From Deferrisomatales bacterium (lineage in GTDB: Bacteria; Desulfobacterota; Deferrisomatia; Deferrisomatales; JACRMM01): a stretch of DNA of 64,000 nucleotides. The notes beneath the pieces were generated by a model, which was not told the origin of the DNA, searched no databases, and saw nothing but the letters and a program-made list of their open reading frames with translations. Of the stretch, positions 45,261 to 54,047 are shown one piece after another (the stretch's first letter is position 1; each line of letters starts with the position of its first letter). The stretch spans positions 32,001-96,000 of the forward strand of contig JAWSUI010000001.1 of assembly GCA_033551855.1 (NCBI GenBank), given 5' to 3'. The position numbers were made by a program, and so were the translations under genes.

Positions 45261-46007
45261 CTAGATGTACTGCCCTCCATCGACCTTGATGACCTCGCCG
45301 GTGATGTGACGGCCGCACTCCGAGGCCAGGAAGGCCACCAGCCACGCCACGTCCTCCGGGGCGCCGGCGCGCTTCACCGCCGACTCGTCCACCGCCGCCT
45401 GGCGGAACTCCGGCGGCATCCCCTCCCCCATCTCGGTGAGGATGAAGCCGGGCGCCACCGAGTTGCAGGTGACCCCGAACTTTCCCAGGTCCTTGGCCGC
45501 CGCCTTGGTGAGCCCGATGACCCCGGCCTTCGCGGCGGAGTAGTTCGTCTGGCCGAACTTGCCCCGCAGGCCGTTGATGGAGGTGATGGCGAGGAACCGG
45601 CCGTAGTTCTGCCCCTTGAAGACGGGGGCGCAGGCCCGCAGGTAATTGAACGTCCCCTTGAGGTCGACCTCGATGACCCGGTCGAACTGCTCCTCGGTCA
45701 TCTTCCAGACCACCCCGTCCCAGTTCATGCCGGCGTTGGTGACGAGAATGTGCATCCCGCCCAGCTTCTCCACTACCTCGTCCACCATCCGCTGGGCGTC
45801 GGCGAAGCTCGCCACGTCGGCCTGCACGGCAAGGGCGCGCCGCCCCTGGCCTTCGAGTTCCTTCACCAAGGCCTCGGCCTCCGCCGAGCTCTTGCGGTAG
45901 TTCAGTGCCACGTCCGCGCCGTAGCGCGCCAGGGTCCGGACGATCTCGGCTCCGATCCCTCGGGTCCCTCCGGTGACGATGGCCACCTTCCCGGTCAAAT
46001 CGATCAT
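45261..46007 (-). CDS. Short-chain dehydrogenase (FabG/BzdZ-like)
   Basis: TGGTRGIG, TNAG, NYSAAK, VAPGFILT, TGEVIKVDGG. Confidence 0.88.
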   Translation of the reverse strand: MIDLTGKVAIVTGGTRGIGAEIVRTLARYGADVALNYRKSSAEAEALVKELEGQGRRALAVQADVASFADAQRMVDEVVEKLGGMHILVTNAGMNWDGVVWKMTEEQFDRVIEVDLKGTFNYLRACAPVFKGQNYGRFLAITSINGLRGKFGQTNYSAAKAGVIGLTKAAAKDLGKFGVTCNSVAPGFILTEMGEGMPPEFRQAAVDESAVKRAGAPEDVAWLVAFLASECGRHITGEVIKVDGGQYI

Positions 46008-46070
46008 GCCTTGCCCTCCTGTGATCTGGCGGGCCGGGCTGCGGGAGCCCGGCCCTCTCGTTACCGGTTT

Positions 46071-47264
46071 CTAGCTCTCGCGCCGGATGATCATCGCCAT
46101 GGTCGAACCCCCCCCTCCGCAGATGGAAGCGATCCCGAGCTCTTTGTCCAGCCGCCGCAGGGCGTGGTACAGGGTGACGAGGATGCGCGCCCCCGAGCAG
46201 CCGGTGGGGTGCCCCAGGGCAATGGCGCCGCCGTGGACGTTGAGCTTCGCCCGGTCCCAGCCGAGCATCCGCTCGTTGGCCAGGACCTGGGCGGCGAAGG
46301 CCTCGTTCACCTCGATGAGGTCCATGTCGGACAGCGCCATCCCGGCCCGCTCGAGGGCCCTGGGAATGGCCACACCCGGCCCCTCGCCCATGACCTTGCC
46401 GTCCACCGCGGTCTGGGTGTAGTCGACCACGGAGAACAGGGGGGTAACGCCTCGCCGCCGGGCCTGCTCCCGGGTCATGGCGACGAGGAAGGCCGCGCCG
46501 TCGGTCAGGCCGCAGGAGTTGCCCGCGGTCACCGATCCGTCCTTCTTGAACGCCCCCGCGAGCTTGGACATCTGATCCGCGGTGGCTCCGTAGCGGATGG
46601 ACTCGTCCTTGTCGAAGGTGACGCTGGGGGCCTTGCGTCCCCCCGGGATCACCACCGGTGCGATCTCGGCGTCGACCCACCCGTTCTTCTGGGCCGCCTC
46701 CGCCTTCTGATGGCTCTGGGCGGCGAACTCGTCCAGTTCCGCCCGGGTGAGCTGGTACTTGTCGACCAGGTTCTCCGCGGTGAGCCCCATGGAGAGGTCC
46801 GCGACCGGGTCGTGGGAGTCGGTCCAGCCGTCCTCCAAGGTGACGGGTCCCATCCGGAAACCCTGCCACCGATACCCCTTCACCAGGTGCGGGATCGTGG
46901 ACATGCTCTCCATGCCCCCGGCCAGGACCACCTCCGCCTGACCCACCTGGATGAGCTGGGTGGCGAGGCTCACGGCCTTCATCCCGGCGGGGCACGCCTT
47001 GTTGATGGTGACTGCGGGGGTCTGGGGCCCACACCCGCCCCTGAGGGCCGCGGTACGGCCCGGATTGACGAAATTGCCAGCCTGCCGGCACGACCCGACG
47101 ATGGCGTCGTCCACCTCCTCGCCCGCCACGTTGGCCCGCTTCAGGGCCTCGCGGATCGGAAAGGAAGCGATGTCGTAGACCTTCATGTCCTTCAGGCTGC
47201 CCCCGAACTTCCCCATGGGGGTGCGCACGGCGCTGACGAAGACCACGTCTCTGAGCTCTCTCAC
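46071..47264 (-). CDS. Acetyl-CoA C-acyltransferase (thiolase)
   Basis: RTPMGKFGG, INKAC, GGMESMS, NEAFA, HGGAIALGHPTG, ICGGGG. Confidence 0.93.
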   Translation of the reverse strand: MRELRDVVFVSAVRTPMGKFGGSLKDMKVYDIASFPIREALKRANVAGEEVDDAIVGSCRQAGNFVNPGRTAALRGGCGPQTPAVTINKACPAGMKAVSLATQLIQVGQAEVVLAGGMESMSTIPHLVKGYRWQGFRMGPVTLEDGWTDSHDPVADLSMGLTAENLVDKYQLTRAELDEFAAQSHQKAEAAQKNGWVDAEIAPVVIPGGRKAPSVTFDKDESIRYGATADQMSKLAGAFKKDGSVTAGNSCGLTDGAAFLVAMTREQARRRGVTPLFSVVDYTQTAVDGKVMGEGPGVAIPRALERAGMALSDMDLIEVNEAFAAQVLANERMLGWDRAKLNVHGGAIALGHPTGCSGARILVTLYHALRRLDKELGIASICGGGGSTMAMIIRRES

Positions 47265-47361
47265 GGCATTCCCTCCTCTATGCGATGGCTACTCCTGGAA
47301 CGGCCCGATGGGTCGGCCCGGCGGGCCCCTGTGATGGCCCTCGCGGCGTGGGGGCCCTCCC

Positions 47362-47811
47362 TCACGCCACCGGGCACTCGAGGCTCAGGCGCTGGCTGGG
47401 CCCAAACCCCATATGTCCGAAAAACTTCAGCAGACCGAAGTCCTTCCAGTCTACCAGGGTGTAGATCTTCTCCACTTGGGCAACCTTCATGTTCGCGCGG
47501 AACTGTGCGAGCAGGGCGCTGCCCACCCCGCGGTCCTGGTAGGCCGGGGAGACCCCCAGCGCCTCGATCATCGCCGAGCTCTCCGGGATCCCGAACTCCC
47601 CGAGGAAGAGGCTCCCCATCAGAAACCCCACGACCTTGCCGTCGGCTTCGGCCACCAGGGACGTGTTGAGCTGGGCATCCCGGAGGCTCGCGACCTGCAG
47701 CTTGTGGGCATAGTACTCCGGCTTCGCGGACCCCGTGACCTCCTCGTCGATCGCGACGATCGCGTCCATGTCCTGGGGCCGGAGCACCCGTACCACGATG
47801 TTCACGCTCAT
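47362..47811 (-). CDS. GNAT-family N-acetyltransferase-like protein
   Basis: SLVAEADGKVVGF, LGVSPAYQDRGVGSALL, FFGHMGF. Confidence 0.85.
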   Translation of the reverse strand: MSVNIVVRVLRPQDMDAIVAIDEEVTGSAKPEYYAHKLQVASLRDAQLNTSLVAEADGKVVGFLMGSLFLGEFGIPESSAMIEALGVSPAYQDRGVGSALLAQFRANMKVAQVEKIYTLVDWKDFGLLKFFGHMGFGPSQRLSLECPVA

Positions 47812-47847
47812 GGGGCCTCCTGCCGCCCTTCGGCGGGCCTGCGCCCG

Positions 47848-48138
47848 TCAGAACAGCTCTTCCAGGGACCCGCGCCCGGCTCCCCCGGGCCGAGTGTAGA
47901 CCACCTGGTACCTCGCCGGGTCTCCGCCCGCCTCGAAGCACGCCGTGCACGCCCCGGCGCTCCCCTCGGCGGCGCACTCCTCCAGGACCGGGACCAGGAG
48001 CACCTCGAAGCCGAGCCGCCGGTACGTGTCCACGATCTCCGCCAGCCGCGGCTCCGCGGCGGTGCACTGTCGGCGCCAGCCCTCCCGGGTGGGGTGCCTG
48101 GGGCGCCCGGCGCCGGGGCGCGAAGTGGGATCTGCCAT
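47848..48138 (-). CDS. Small hypothetical protein with CxxC, in the benzoyl-CoA operon
   Basis: EGWRRQ...EPRLAEIVDTYRRLGFEV...CTACF...VYTR. Confidence 0.65.
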   Translation of the reverse strand: MADPTSRPGAGRPRHPTREGWRRQCTAAEPRLAEIVDTYRRLGFEVLLVPVLEECAAEGSAGACTACFEAGGDPARYQVVYTRPGGAGRGSLEELF

Positions 48139-48246
48139 CTCGGTGCTCCGGGTCAGAGCCTCTGAAACCTTCAAGGGAACCCTGTCTCGTCGTCCGCCCG
48201 CGCGGGCCTCGGGCCCCGGTCTGCCCGCGACGCTTCTCTCACGGCG

Positions 48247-49302
48247 TCAGAACACGTCCTGCGGGTCCTCGCTCCCCGGCATCCGACCGTGCTCCGCCAA
48301 GTGCTGCAGAAGAAGCTCGGCCTCCCGGCGGGTGTAGAGGGCTGCCTCCTCGTACGTGAAGAACGCGGCCCTCGCCCCTGCGAGCTCTTCCTCCAGCGCC
48401 TGCCGCAGGCGGCTCACCCCGCGGATCTTGCGCACCCCGCCCGCCCCGTCCCAGAGCTGGTACACCCCCCCCGCCTCGGGCAGCCGGGCCACGGCGACGG
48501 CGCTGAGGGGCAGGACGCCGCGAGGCGCCTCCGGAACCCGGGGCAGCGCGAGCCTCTCCCGGACCTCGGCGAGCCATCGCCGGCACCGTTCCTCCCTGCC
48601 GGCGGAGCGGGCTCCCGTGGGGCACACCAGCGCCCGCGCCCGGCAGAGGGCACACTCCTCCTCCCCCGGGGGGACCCCCGCTTCCCCCAAGCCGCCCGCC
48701 GCCTCGACCCCGGCGATGCCGCGGCACGCATCTTCGCACCGCAGGCACTCGATACAGCGCGCAGGATCTCGGCCGCGGCTGCCTTCCGGGCCGACGGGAA
48801 GGTCCCGGGGCACGTACATCGGGGCCTCCGGGCCGATTCCCACGAAGGCGGCAACCCCCGCGAGCTCACAGGTGCCGCGCTTCCAGCAGCAGCGCTCGGC
48901 CTCCGGCAGGCCGCGGGCGCACCGGGTCCGACTGCAGTCGTCCGCGAGGGAGCAGACGAGGCAGGCGTGGGGGTGATGCGCTAGGACGCGGTGGAGCGCC
49001 TCGACCCTCGACCGCCTCACCGCACCGGACGCCGTCCAGACCTCCATCCCCTCCTCGGCCCCGACCTCGCAGGCGCGCACGACCCCCGCACCATCGACCT
49101 CCACCGCGCAGATCCCGCAGCGGCCCCGGGTGCCCAGGGCCGGGTGGGCACACAGGCGGGGCACGTAGGCCCCGGCGGCGTCGGCCGCCTGGAGCAGGCT
49201 GTACCCGGCGGGGACGGTCAACGCCGCCCCGTCGAGGCGAAGGGCGACCCGCCCTTCGCCTCCCTCGGCCGGCCCCTGCCTACCAGCTGTGGGAGATCGC
49301 AT
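48247..49302 (-). CDS. Short BzdV-like Fe-S protein lacking a FAD/NAD(P)H domain; possibly degenerate (start uncertain)
   Basis: NuoG/hydrogenase-like N-terminus (PRLCAHP..CGIC..RAC), HPHACLVC...CEL, CIECLRCEDAC, degenerate CALCRARALVCP, C-terminal GVYQL...FFTYEE..YTRREAELL..HGRMP; no GxGxxG motif. Confidence 0.6.
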   Translation of the reverse strand: MRSPTAGRQGPAEGGEGRVALRLDGAALTVPAGYSLLQAADAAGAYVPRLCAHPALGTRGRCGICAVEVDGAGVVRACEVGAEEGMEVWTASGAVRRSRVEALHRVLAHHPHACLVCSLADDCSRTRCARGLPEAERCCWKRGTCELAGVAAFVGIGPEAPMYVPRDLPVGPEGSRGRDPARCIECLRCEDACRGIAGVEAAGGLGEAGVPPGEEECALCRARALVCPTGARSAGREERCRRWLAEVRERLALPRVPEAPRGVLPLSAVAVARLPEAGGVYQLWDGAGGVRKIRGVSRLRQALEEELAGARAAFFTYEEAALYTRREAELLLQHLAEHGRMPGSEDPQDVF

Positions 49303-49561
49303 GGAAGGGGCACGCCGAGACGCAGGGCAGGGGCGAACGGCCTCGCAGGGGCTTGCACCCGGCACACTCGTGCGGGAGCACCTTCCGTTTCCCCTCGTCG
49401 ATGGCCACCGCCTCCTCCCCGTAGGGGTCCTCTTCCACGCAGAACAGGGCGCGGGGGCAGGCGGAAACGCATGGCCTCGCCCCGCAGCAGGCACACCGCT
49501 CCGTGTCGATGGCGATGTAGAAGTCCCCCTCGGCGTCCGCGTAGCCGTAGTGGGCGATCAC
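49280..49561 (-). CDS. Ferredoxin associated with benzoyl-CoA reductase
   Basis: YGYADAEGDFYIAIDTERCACC..PCVSACP...CAGCKP..LPCVSACP..AISHSW. Confidence 0.8.
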   Translation of the reverse strand: MIAHYGYADAEGDFYIAIDTERCACCGARPCVSACPRALFCVEEDPYGEEAVAIDEGKRKVLPHECAGCKPLRGRSPLPCVSACPFHAISHSW

Positions 49562-49583
49562 CCGGCCGCTCCGCGGCGAGACC

Positions 49584-50462
49584 TCACCTGCGCCGCTCCT
49601 TCTGGTAGAGAGTGTGGGCGAAGAGAGCGGCGCCCAGGGCCCCCGCGATCTGCGTGTCGATGGTCGTCTTGACCGCCTCCACCCCGATGATCTCCTCCAC
49701 CCGCCGCACCACACCGCTGTTCTTCGAGATCCCCCCGGTGATGAAGAAGTCGGGCTCCACGCCGATCCGCTCCAGCAGCGCCGCCACGCGCTCTGCCATC
49801 GCCCGGCAGTAGGCGGCGATCACCTTGTTCTTGCTCCACCCTTCCTTGAGGCGGGCCATGGCCTCGCTCTTCGCGAAGACCACGCAGACATCCGAGACGG
49901 CCGGCGGCTCCTCGTCCACGTCGAAGGACCGGGAGCCGAGCTCTTCGATGGGCACCTCGAGCAGATCCGCGATCACCTCCATGCCCCGGCCCGTCCCCGC
50001 CGCGCACTTGTCGTTCATGAGGAAGTCCGTCACCTTGCCCCGCTCATCGATGTGAATGCCCTTGCAGTCCTGGCCCCCCATGTCCAGGATCGTCCGGACG
50101 CGGGGCCCTCCCATGTAGTGGGCCCCCCGCCCGTGGCAGGCGATCTCCGTGATGGCCTTGTCCGCAAAGGGGATGTTCACCCGCCCGTAGCCGGTGCCGA
50201 CGGTGTAGTGGATGTCCTCGAGCTTGAGGCCCGTCCGCTCGAACAGGCCCTTCACGGCGCTCCGGGCCGACTCCGGGGAGCTCGCCCCCGTGCGCACGGT
50301 GTTGTAGGCGTAGAGCTCGCCGTCGAGGCACAGCACCGCCTGCGAGCTGACGCTGCCGACGTCGATCCCCTGGGTGATGATGCGGGCCTCTCGCCAACGC
50401 GCGTCCGGGTGGACCCAGAACTCCTCGGTCCACCTCCAGAACTCCCGTTTCTGGCCGTTCAT
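49584..50462 (-). CDS. bzdQ: Benzoyl-CoA reductase (bzd-type) ATP-binding subunit Q
   Basis: EFWRW N-terminus, GIDVGSVSSQAV, GTGYGRV, EIACHGRGA, LDMGGQDCK, MNDKCAAGTGRGME, CVVFAKSE. Confidence 0.85.
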   Translation of the reverse strand: MNGQKREFWRWTEEFWVHPDARWREARIITQGIDVGSVSSQAVLCLDGELYAYNTVRTGASSPESARSAVKGLFERTGLKLEDIHYTVGTGYGRVNIPFADKAITEIACHGRGAHYMGGPRVRTILDMGGQDCKGIHIDERGKVTDFLMNDKCAAGTGRGMEVIADLLEVPIEELGSRSFDVDEEPPAVSDVCVVFAKSEAMARLKEGWSKNKVIAAYCRAMAERVAALLERIGVEPDFFITGGISKNSGVVRRVEEIIGVEAVKTTIDTQIAGALGAALFAHTLYQKERRR

Positions 50463-50487
50463 GGGTCGGCTCCCGTCGGGGGCGTCG

Positions 50488-51273
50488 TCACGTCGACCGG
50501 GACACGCGAGCGGCGGCCGCGACCGCCGCGCCCAGGGCGTCGGCAAGCTCGGGGTCCGGGGGGATCTTCAGGCTCTCCACCTCGAGGTTGTCCCGCAGGG
50601 AGCGCACGAAGCCCGGGTTGCGGGCCAACCCGCCCAGGAGCACCACCTCCCCCTCGACCTTGATCCGCCGCACCATGGAGCTGACCCGGTTGGCGATGGC
50701 GTCGTGGACCGCCCGGGAGATGTCCCGCCTGTCCGTGCCGGCGTGGATCAGCGAGACCACCTCGCTCTCGGCGAACACCGTGCACTGGGCGTTCATGGGG
50801 ATCCTCACCGAGCTCTCCAGGCTCTTCTCGGCGAACTCCTTCAGGGTCATCCCCAGGGCCCGGGCCATGGACTCGGTGAAGCTGCCAGACCCGGCGGCGC
50901 ACTTCTCGTTCACGGCCGAGTCCACAACCCGTCCCTTCCCGTCCGTCCTGATGGCCCGGCTCTCCTCAGCCCCCACCTCGACCACGGTGGTGGCCCCAGG
51001 GTAGAGGAAGTTCGCGCCTCGCGCGGCAGCGGCAATGTCGGTGATGCGCGAGTCGGCAAACTCCACGGCCTGCCGCCCGGCCCCGGTGGCCGTGACGTGG
51101 AGCACCTCCCCGCGGGTCAATCGGGCCGCCGCCAACGCCTGGTCCAGAAGCTCCTCCGCGGCGGCACCCTGGTGGAACCCCCCGGTGCCCATCGCCTGGG
51201 CGACCACTTCGCCGTCCCGGAGGATCACCACCTTGATGTTCCTGCTCCCCACGTCGATCCCGGCGGTGACCAT
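50488..51273 (-). CDS. bzdP: Benzoyl-CoA reductase ATP-binding subunit P (BcrD/BadG-like ASKHA ATPase)
   Basis: AGIDVGS, TATGAGR, VEVGAEESR, NEKCAAGSGSF.E.MARAL, MNAQCTVFAESEVVSLIH. Confidence 0.82.
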   Translation of the reverse strand: MVTAGIDVGSRNIKVVILRDGEVVAQAMGTGGFHQGAAAEELLDQALAAARLTRGEVLHVTATGAGRQAVEFADSRITDIAAAARGANFLYPGATTVVEVGAEESRAIRTDGKGRVVDSAVNEKCAAGSGSFTESMARALGMTLKEFAEKSLESSVRIPMNAQCTVFAESEVVSLIHAGTDRRDISRAVHDAIANRVSSMVRRIKVEGEVVLLGGLARNPGFVRSLRDNLEVESLKIPPDPELADALGAAVAAAARVSRST

Positions 51274-51352
51274 GGGTACCGACCTCCTCCCGCTCCGGTG
51301 CCCCCTCCCTCCCCGGTTCGAGCCGGGAGTGCGGAAACTCCGAGCGGGTAGG

Positions 51353-51369
51353 AGCAAGGGCCGTGCCAA
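51353..51369 (-). promoter_or_regulatory. Sigma54 (-24/-12) promoter of the benzoyl-CoA operon
   Basis: Minus strand reads TTGGCACGGCCCTTGCT, about 80 nt upstream of the bzdP ATG. Confidence 0.85.
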
Positions 51370-51685
51370 CCCCGGTTGATAACGGAAAAGCCCTTTCCAT
51401 CCAAGCAGTTGTGATTTACTCTCCGCGAGAGGGGGATCTGTCTCCCCAGTGGGGTCGGCCGATCTCGGCGACTTCGGTTGAAGCTTCACCGTGAGTGTGG
51501 TGAAGAATGACCCCTGGGCCGGGCCCGCCGGGAGTCCCCCGCTCGGGGGAGCGCCGGGGTACCTCGCGAGGGGATCCTCAGGGGCCGCACCCCGCGGCTG
51601 CCGTCCGGGCTGCCCCGTCGCACGTGGGGCGGCGCACGGGCTTTCCGACCCCGTCTCCGGGAGCAGCGGCCGGCGCCGCAGACGG

Positions 51686-51895
51686 ACTCTTCCGGGGAAG
51701 GACGGGTTGCCGTACTCCAAGACGGCCGGCTGGGTCCGACGGCGGAGGCGGACGGCCGCCCCATGACCGTATCCCCGTCGGGGCCGGTGGTCCCTTCGGG
51801 CGTCTCGGCAGCCGCGCGGGTTCGGAGCGTCGGGTCGTGCGGCATCGGCCGCCGGTGTGGGCGGACCCACCGGGCCGTTTCCCGGATGAACTCAA
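51686..51895. repeat. Segment with ends related to the MITE-like family (different interior)
   Basis: TCTTCCGGGGAAGGACGGGTT also occurs at about 24232; GCCGTTTCCCGGATGAACTCAA resembles the ends of copies A and B. Confidence 0.45.
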
Positions 51896-52065
51896 AGATG
51901 TGTCCAAAGATGTTGACACCCATCGGCATCGGGGGTATCCAGCCCTTCCCTCGGCAGAAGGCCGGGCTCCCTCCGGGAGGCCGGCGGCCGGTCGCGGGGG
52001 GCGGGCATCCGGGGGCGAGAGACCGCGCTCGCTCGACAGGAACAGAAAGGCGGTGGGCGGCCCCG

Positions 52066-54009
52066 ATGAAATCCAAGACCCTCGAGCAGCTCTACGACAA
52101 GTGGACCGTCGCCAAGGCCCGGGAGCTCTACGGAATCGACAACTGGGGCGCCGGCTACTTCAAGATCAACCCCGCCGGGGAGGTCTGCGTGTGCCCCGAC
52201 GCCTCCCGACCCGACGCGTCGGCGAGCCTCGTCCAGATCGTCAACGGGCTGCGGGAGCGCGGGCAGGATCTGCCGGTTCTCCTCCGGTTCGAGGACATCC
52301 TCGCCTCCCGGATCCGGCTCCTCAACAAGACCTTCGCGGCCACCATGAAGAGCTACGGCTACGAGGGGGGGTTCCGCGGGGTGTTCCCGATCAAGGTCAA
52401 CCAACAGCAGCAGGTGGTGGAGGAGATCACCACCTTCGGGAAGCGCTACCACCACGGTCTGGAGGCGGGGAGCAAGGCGGAGCTCATCGCGGCCATGGCG
52501 TACCTCGACGATCCCGAGGCGCTGCTCATCTGCAACGGGTACAAGGACGAGCACTTCCTCCGGTTGGTTCTCCACGCGCGCATGGTGGGGCTCAACTGCG
52601 TCTGCGTGATCGAGACGCTCAACGAGCTGCCGCTGGTGCTGCGCCTCTCGCGGGAGATGGGGGTCAAGCCGGTGCTCGGGGTGCGCATCAAGCTCGCGGC
52701 CAGCGCGAGCGGTCACTGGAAAGAGTCCGGCGGCGACCGTAGCGTCTTCGGCCTGAGCGCCTCCCAGGTGATCGAGTTGGTAGACCTGCTCAAGGCCGAG
52801 GGGATGCTCGATTGCCTGCAGCTCCTCCACTACCACCTGGGTTCCCAGATCCCCAACATCCGCCAGATCCGCACCGGGCTCATGGAGGCCTGCCGTACAT
52901 ACGTGGGACTCACCCAGGAGGGCGCCCCCATGGGCATGCTCGATCTGGGGGGAGGGTTGGCGGTGGACTACGACGGCTCCCACACCAACTTCCCGTCGAG
53001 CTGCAACTACTCCCTGGACGAGTACTGCCGCGACGTGGTGGAGGTGGTGCAGGAGATCATGGACGAGACGGGCACCGCCCACCCCACCGTCGTCACCGAG
53101 TCCGGCCGGGCGACGGTGGCCTACTACTCCGTGCTGATCTTCAACGTCCTGGACGCGAGCCGCTTCTCCGGGGACGAGGCCCTGCCCGACGTGCCCGAGG
53201 AGGCGGCGTCGATCACCCAGAACATCCACGAGGCCGCGGCCAACGTGCGGGAGAAGAACCTGCAGGAGGTCTATCACGACGCCATCTACTACCGGGACGA
53301 GGCGCGCGAGCTGTTCAAGCGGGGGCAGATGGGCATCCGCGAGAGGGCCTTGGTGGAGCGCATCTTCTGGTACGCGATGCAGCGCATCCAGCGGGTCCTC
53401 GGGGGGATGCGCTACGTGCCGGACGACTTCGAGGGCCTGGCCGAGGCCATGAGCGACATCTATTACGGAAACATGAGCGTCTTCCAGTCCCTGCCCGACG
53501 TGTGGGCCATCGACCAGATCCTGCCGGTGGTGCCCATCCACAGGCTGGACGAGCCGCCCTCGCGCCACGCGATCATCTCCGACATCACCTGTGACAGCGA
53601 CGGCAAGATCGACCGCTTCATCGATCTGCAGGACGTCGCCCGCACCCTTCCGCTGCACGCCCTTCGCGGCGGCGAGGAGTACCTGCTGGGGGTCTTCCTG
53701 GTGGGGGCGTATCAGGAAACCCTGGGGGACCTCCACAATCTCATCGGCGACACGAACGTCGCCAGCGTCCGGATGGGCGACAACGGCGAAATCGAGTACG
53801 TCCGGGAGCTCGACGGGGACTCGGTGGGCGACGTCCTGTCCTACGTGGAGTACGACCCGCGGGAGCTGATGACCCGGTTCCGGGAGAAGGCCGAGCGCGC
53901 CGTGCGGGAGGGGCTGATCAACGGGCAGCAGCGCCGGGCCATCACCGCAGCCTACGAGGCGGGGATGCGCGGCTACACCTATTACGGCTCGGACGGGAAC
54001 ACCGGGTAG
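52066..54009 (+). CDS. speA: Biosynthetic arginine decarboxylase
   Basis: LYGIDNWGAGYF, FPIKVNQ (PLP Lys), GLEAGSKAEL, CNGYKD, HYHLGSQI, DLGGGL, ESGRA, DITCDSDGKID, GAYQETLGDLHNL. Confidence 0.96.
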   Translation: MKSKTLEQLYDKWTVAKARELYGIDNWGAGYFKINPAGEVCVCPDASRPDASASLVQIVNGLRERGQDLPVLLRFEDILASRIRLLNKTFAATMKSYGYEGGFRGVFPIKVNQQQQVVEEITTFGKRYHHGLEAGSKAELIAAMAYLDDPEALLICNGYKDEHFLRLVLHARMVGLNCVCVIETLNELPLVLRLSREMGVKPVLGVRIKLAASASGHWKESGGDRSVFGLSASQVIELVDLLKAEGMLDCLQLLHYHLGSQIPNIRQIRTGLMEACRTYVGLTQEGAPMGMLDLGGGLAVDYDGSHTNFPSSCNYSLDEYCRDVVEVVQEIMDETGTAHPTVVTESGRATVAYYSVLIFNVLDASRFSGDEALPDVPEEAASITQNIHEAAANVREKNLQEVYHDAIYYRDEARELFKRGQMGIRERALVERIFWYAMQRIQRVLGGMRYVPDDFEGLAEAMSDIYYGNMSVFQSLPDVWAIDQILPVVPIHRLDEPPSRHAIISDITCDSDGKIDRFIDLQDVARTLPLHALRGGEEYLLGVFLVGAYQETLGDLHNLIGDTNVASVRMGDNGEIEYVRELDGDSVGDVLSYVEYDPRELMTRFREKAERAVREGLINGQQRRAITAAYEAGMRGYTYYGSDGNTG

Positions 54010-54047
54010 CGTGTCCCCCGGCTTCGCGGGCTCAGGAGGTGACGAGG

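Noticed and set aside
51507..52065. N-terminal extension of SpeA (ORF from 51763) or separate ORFs in the bzdP-speA gap
   Set aside because: SpeA similarity begins near ATG 52066; the upstream sequence is repeat-derived or regulatory.
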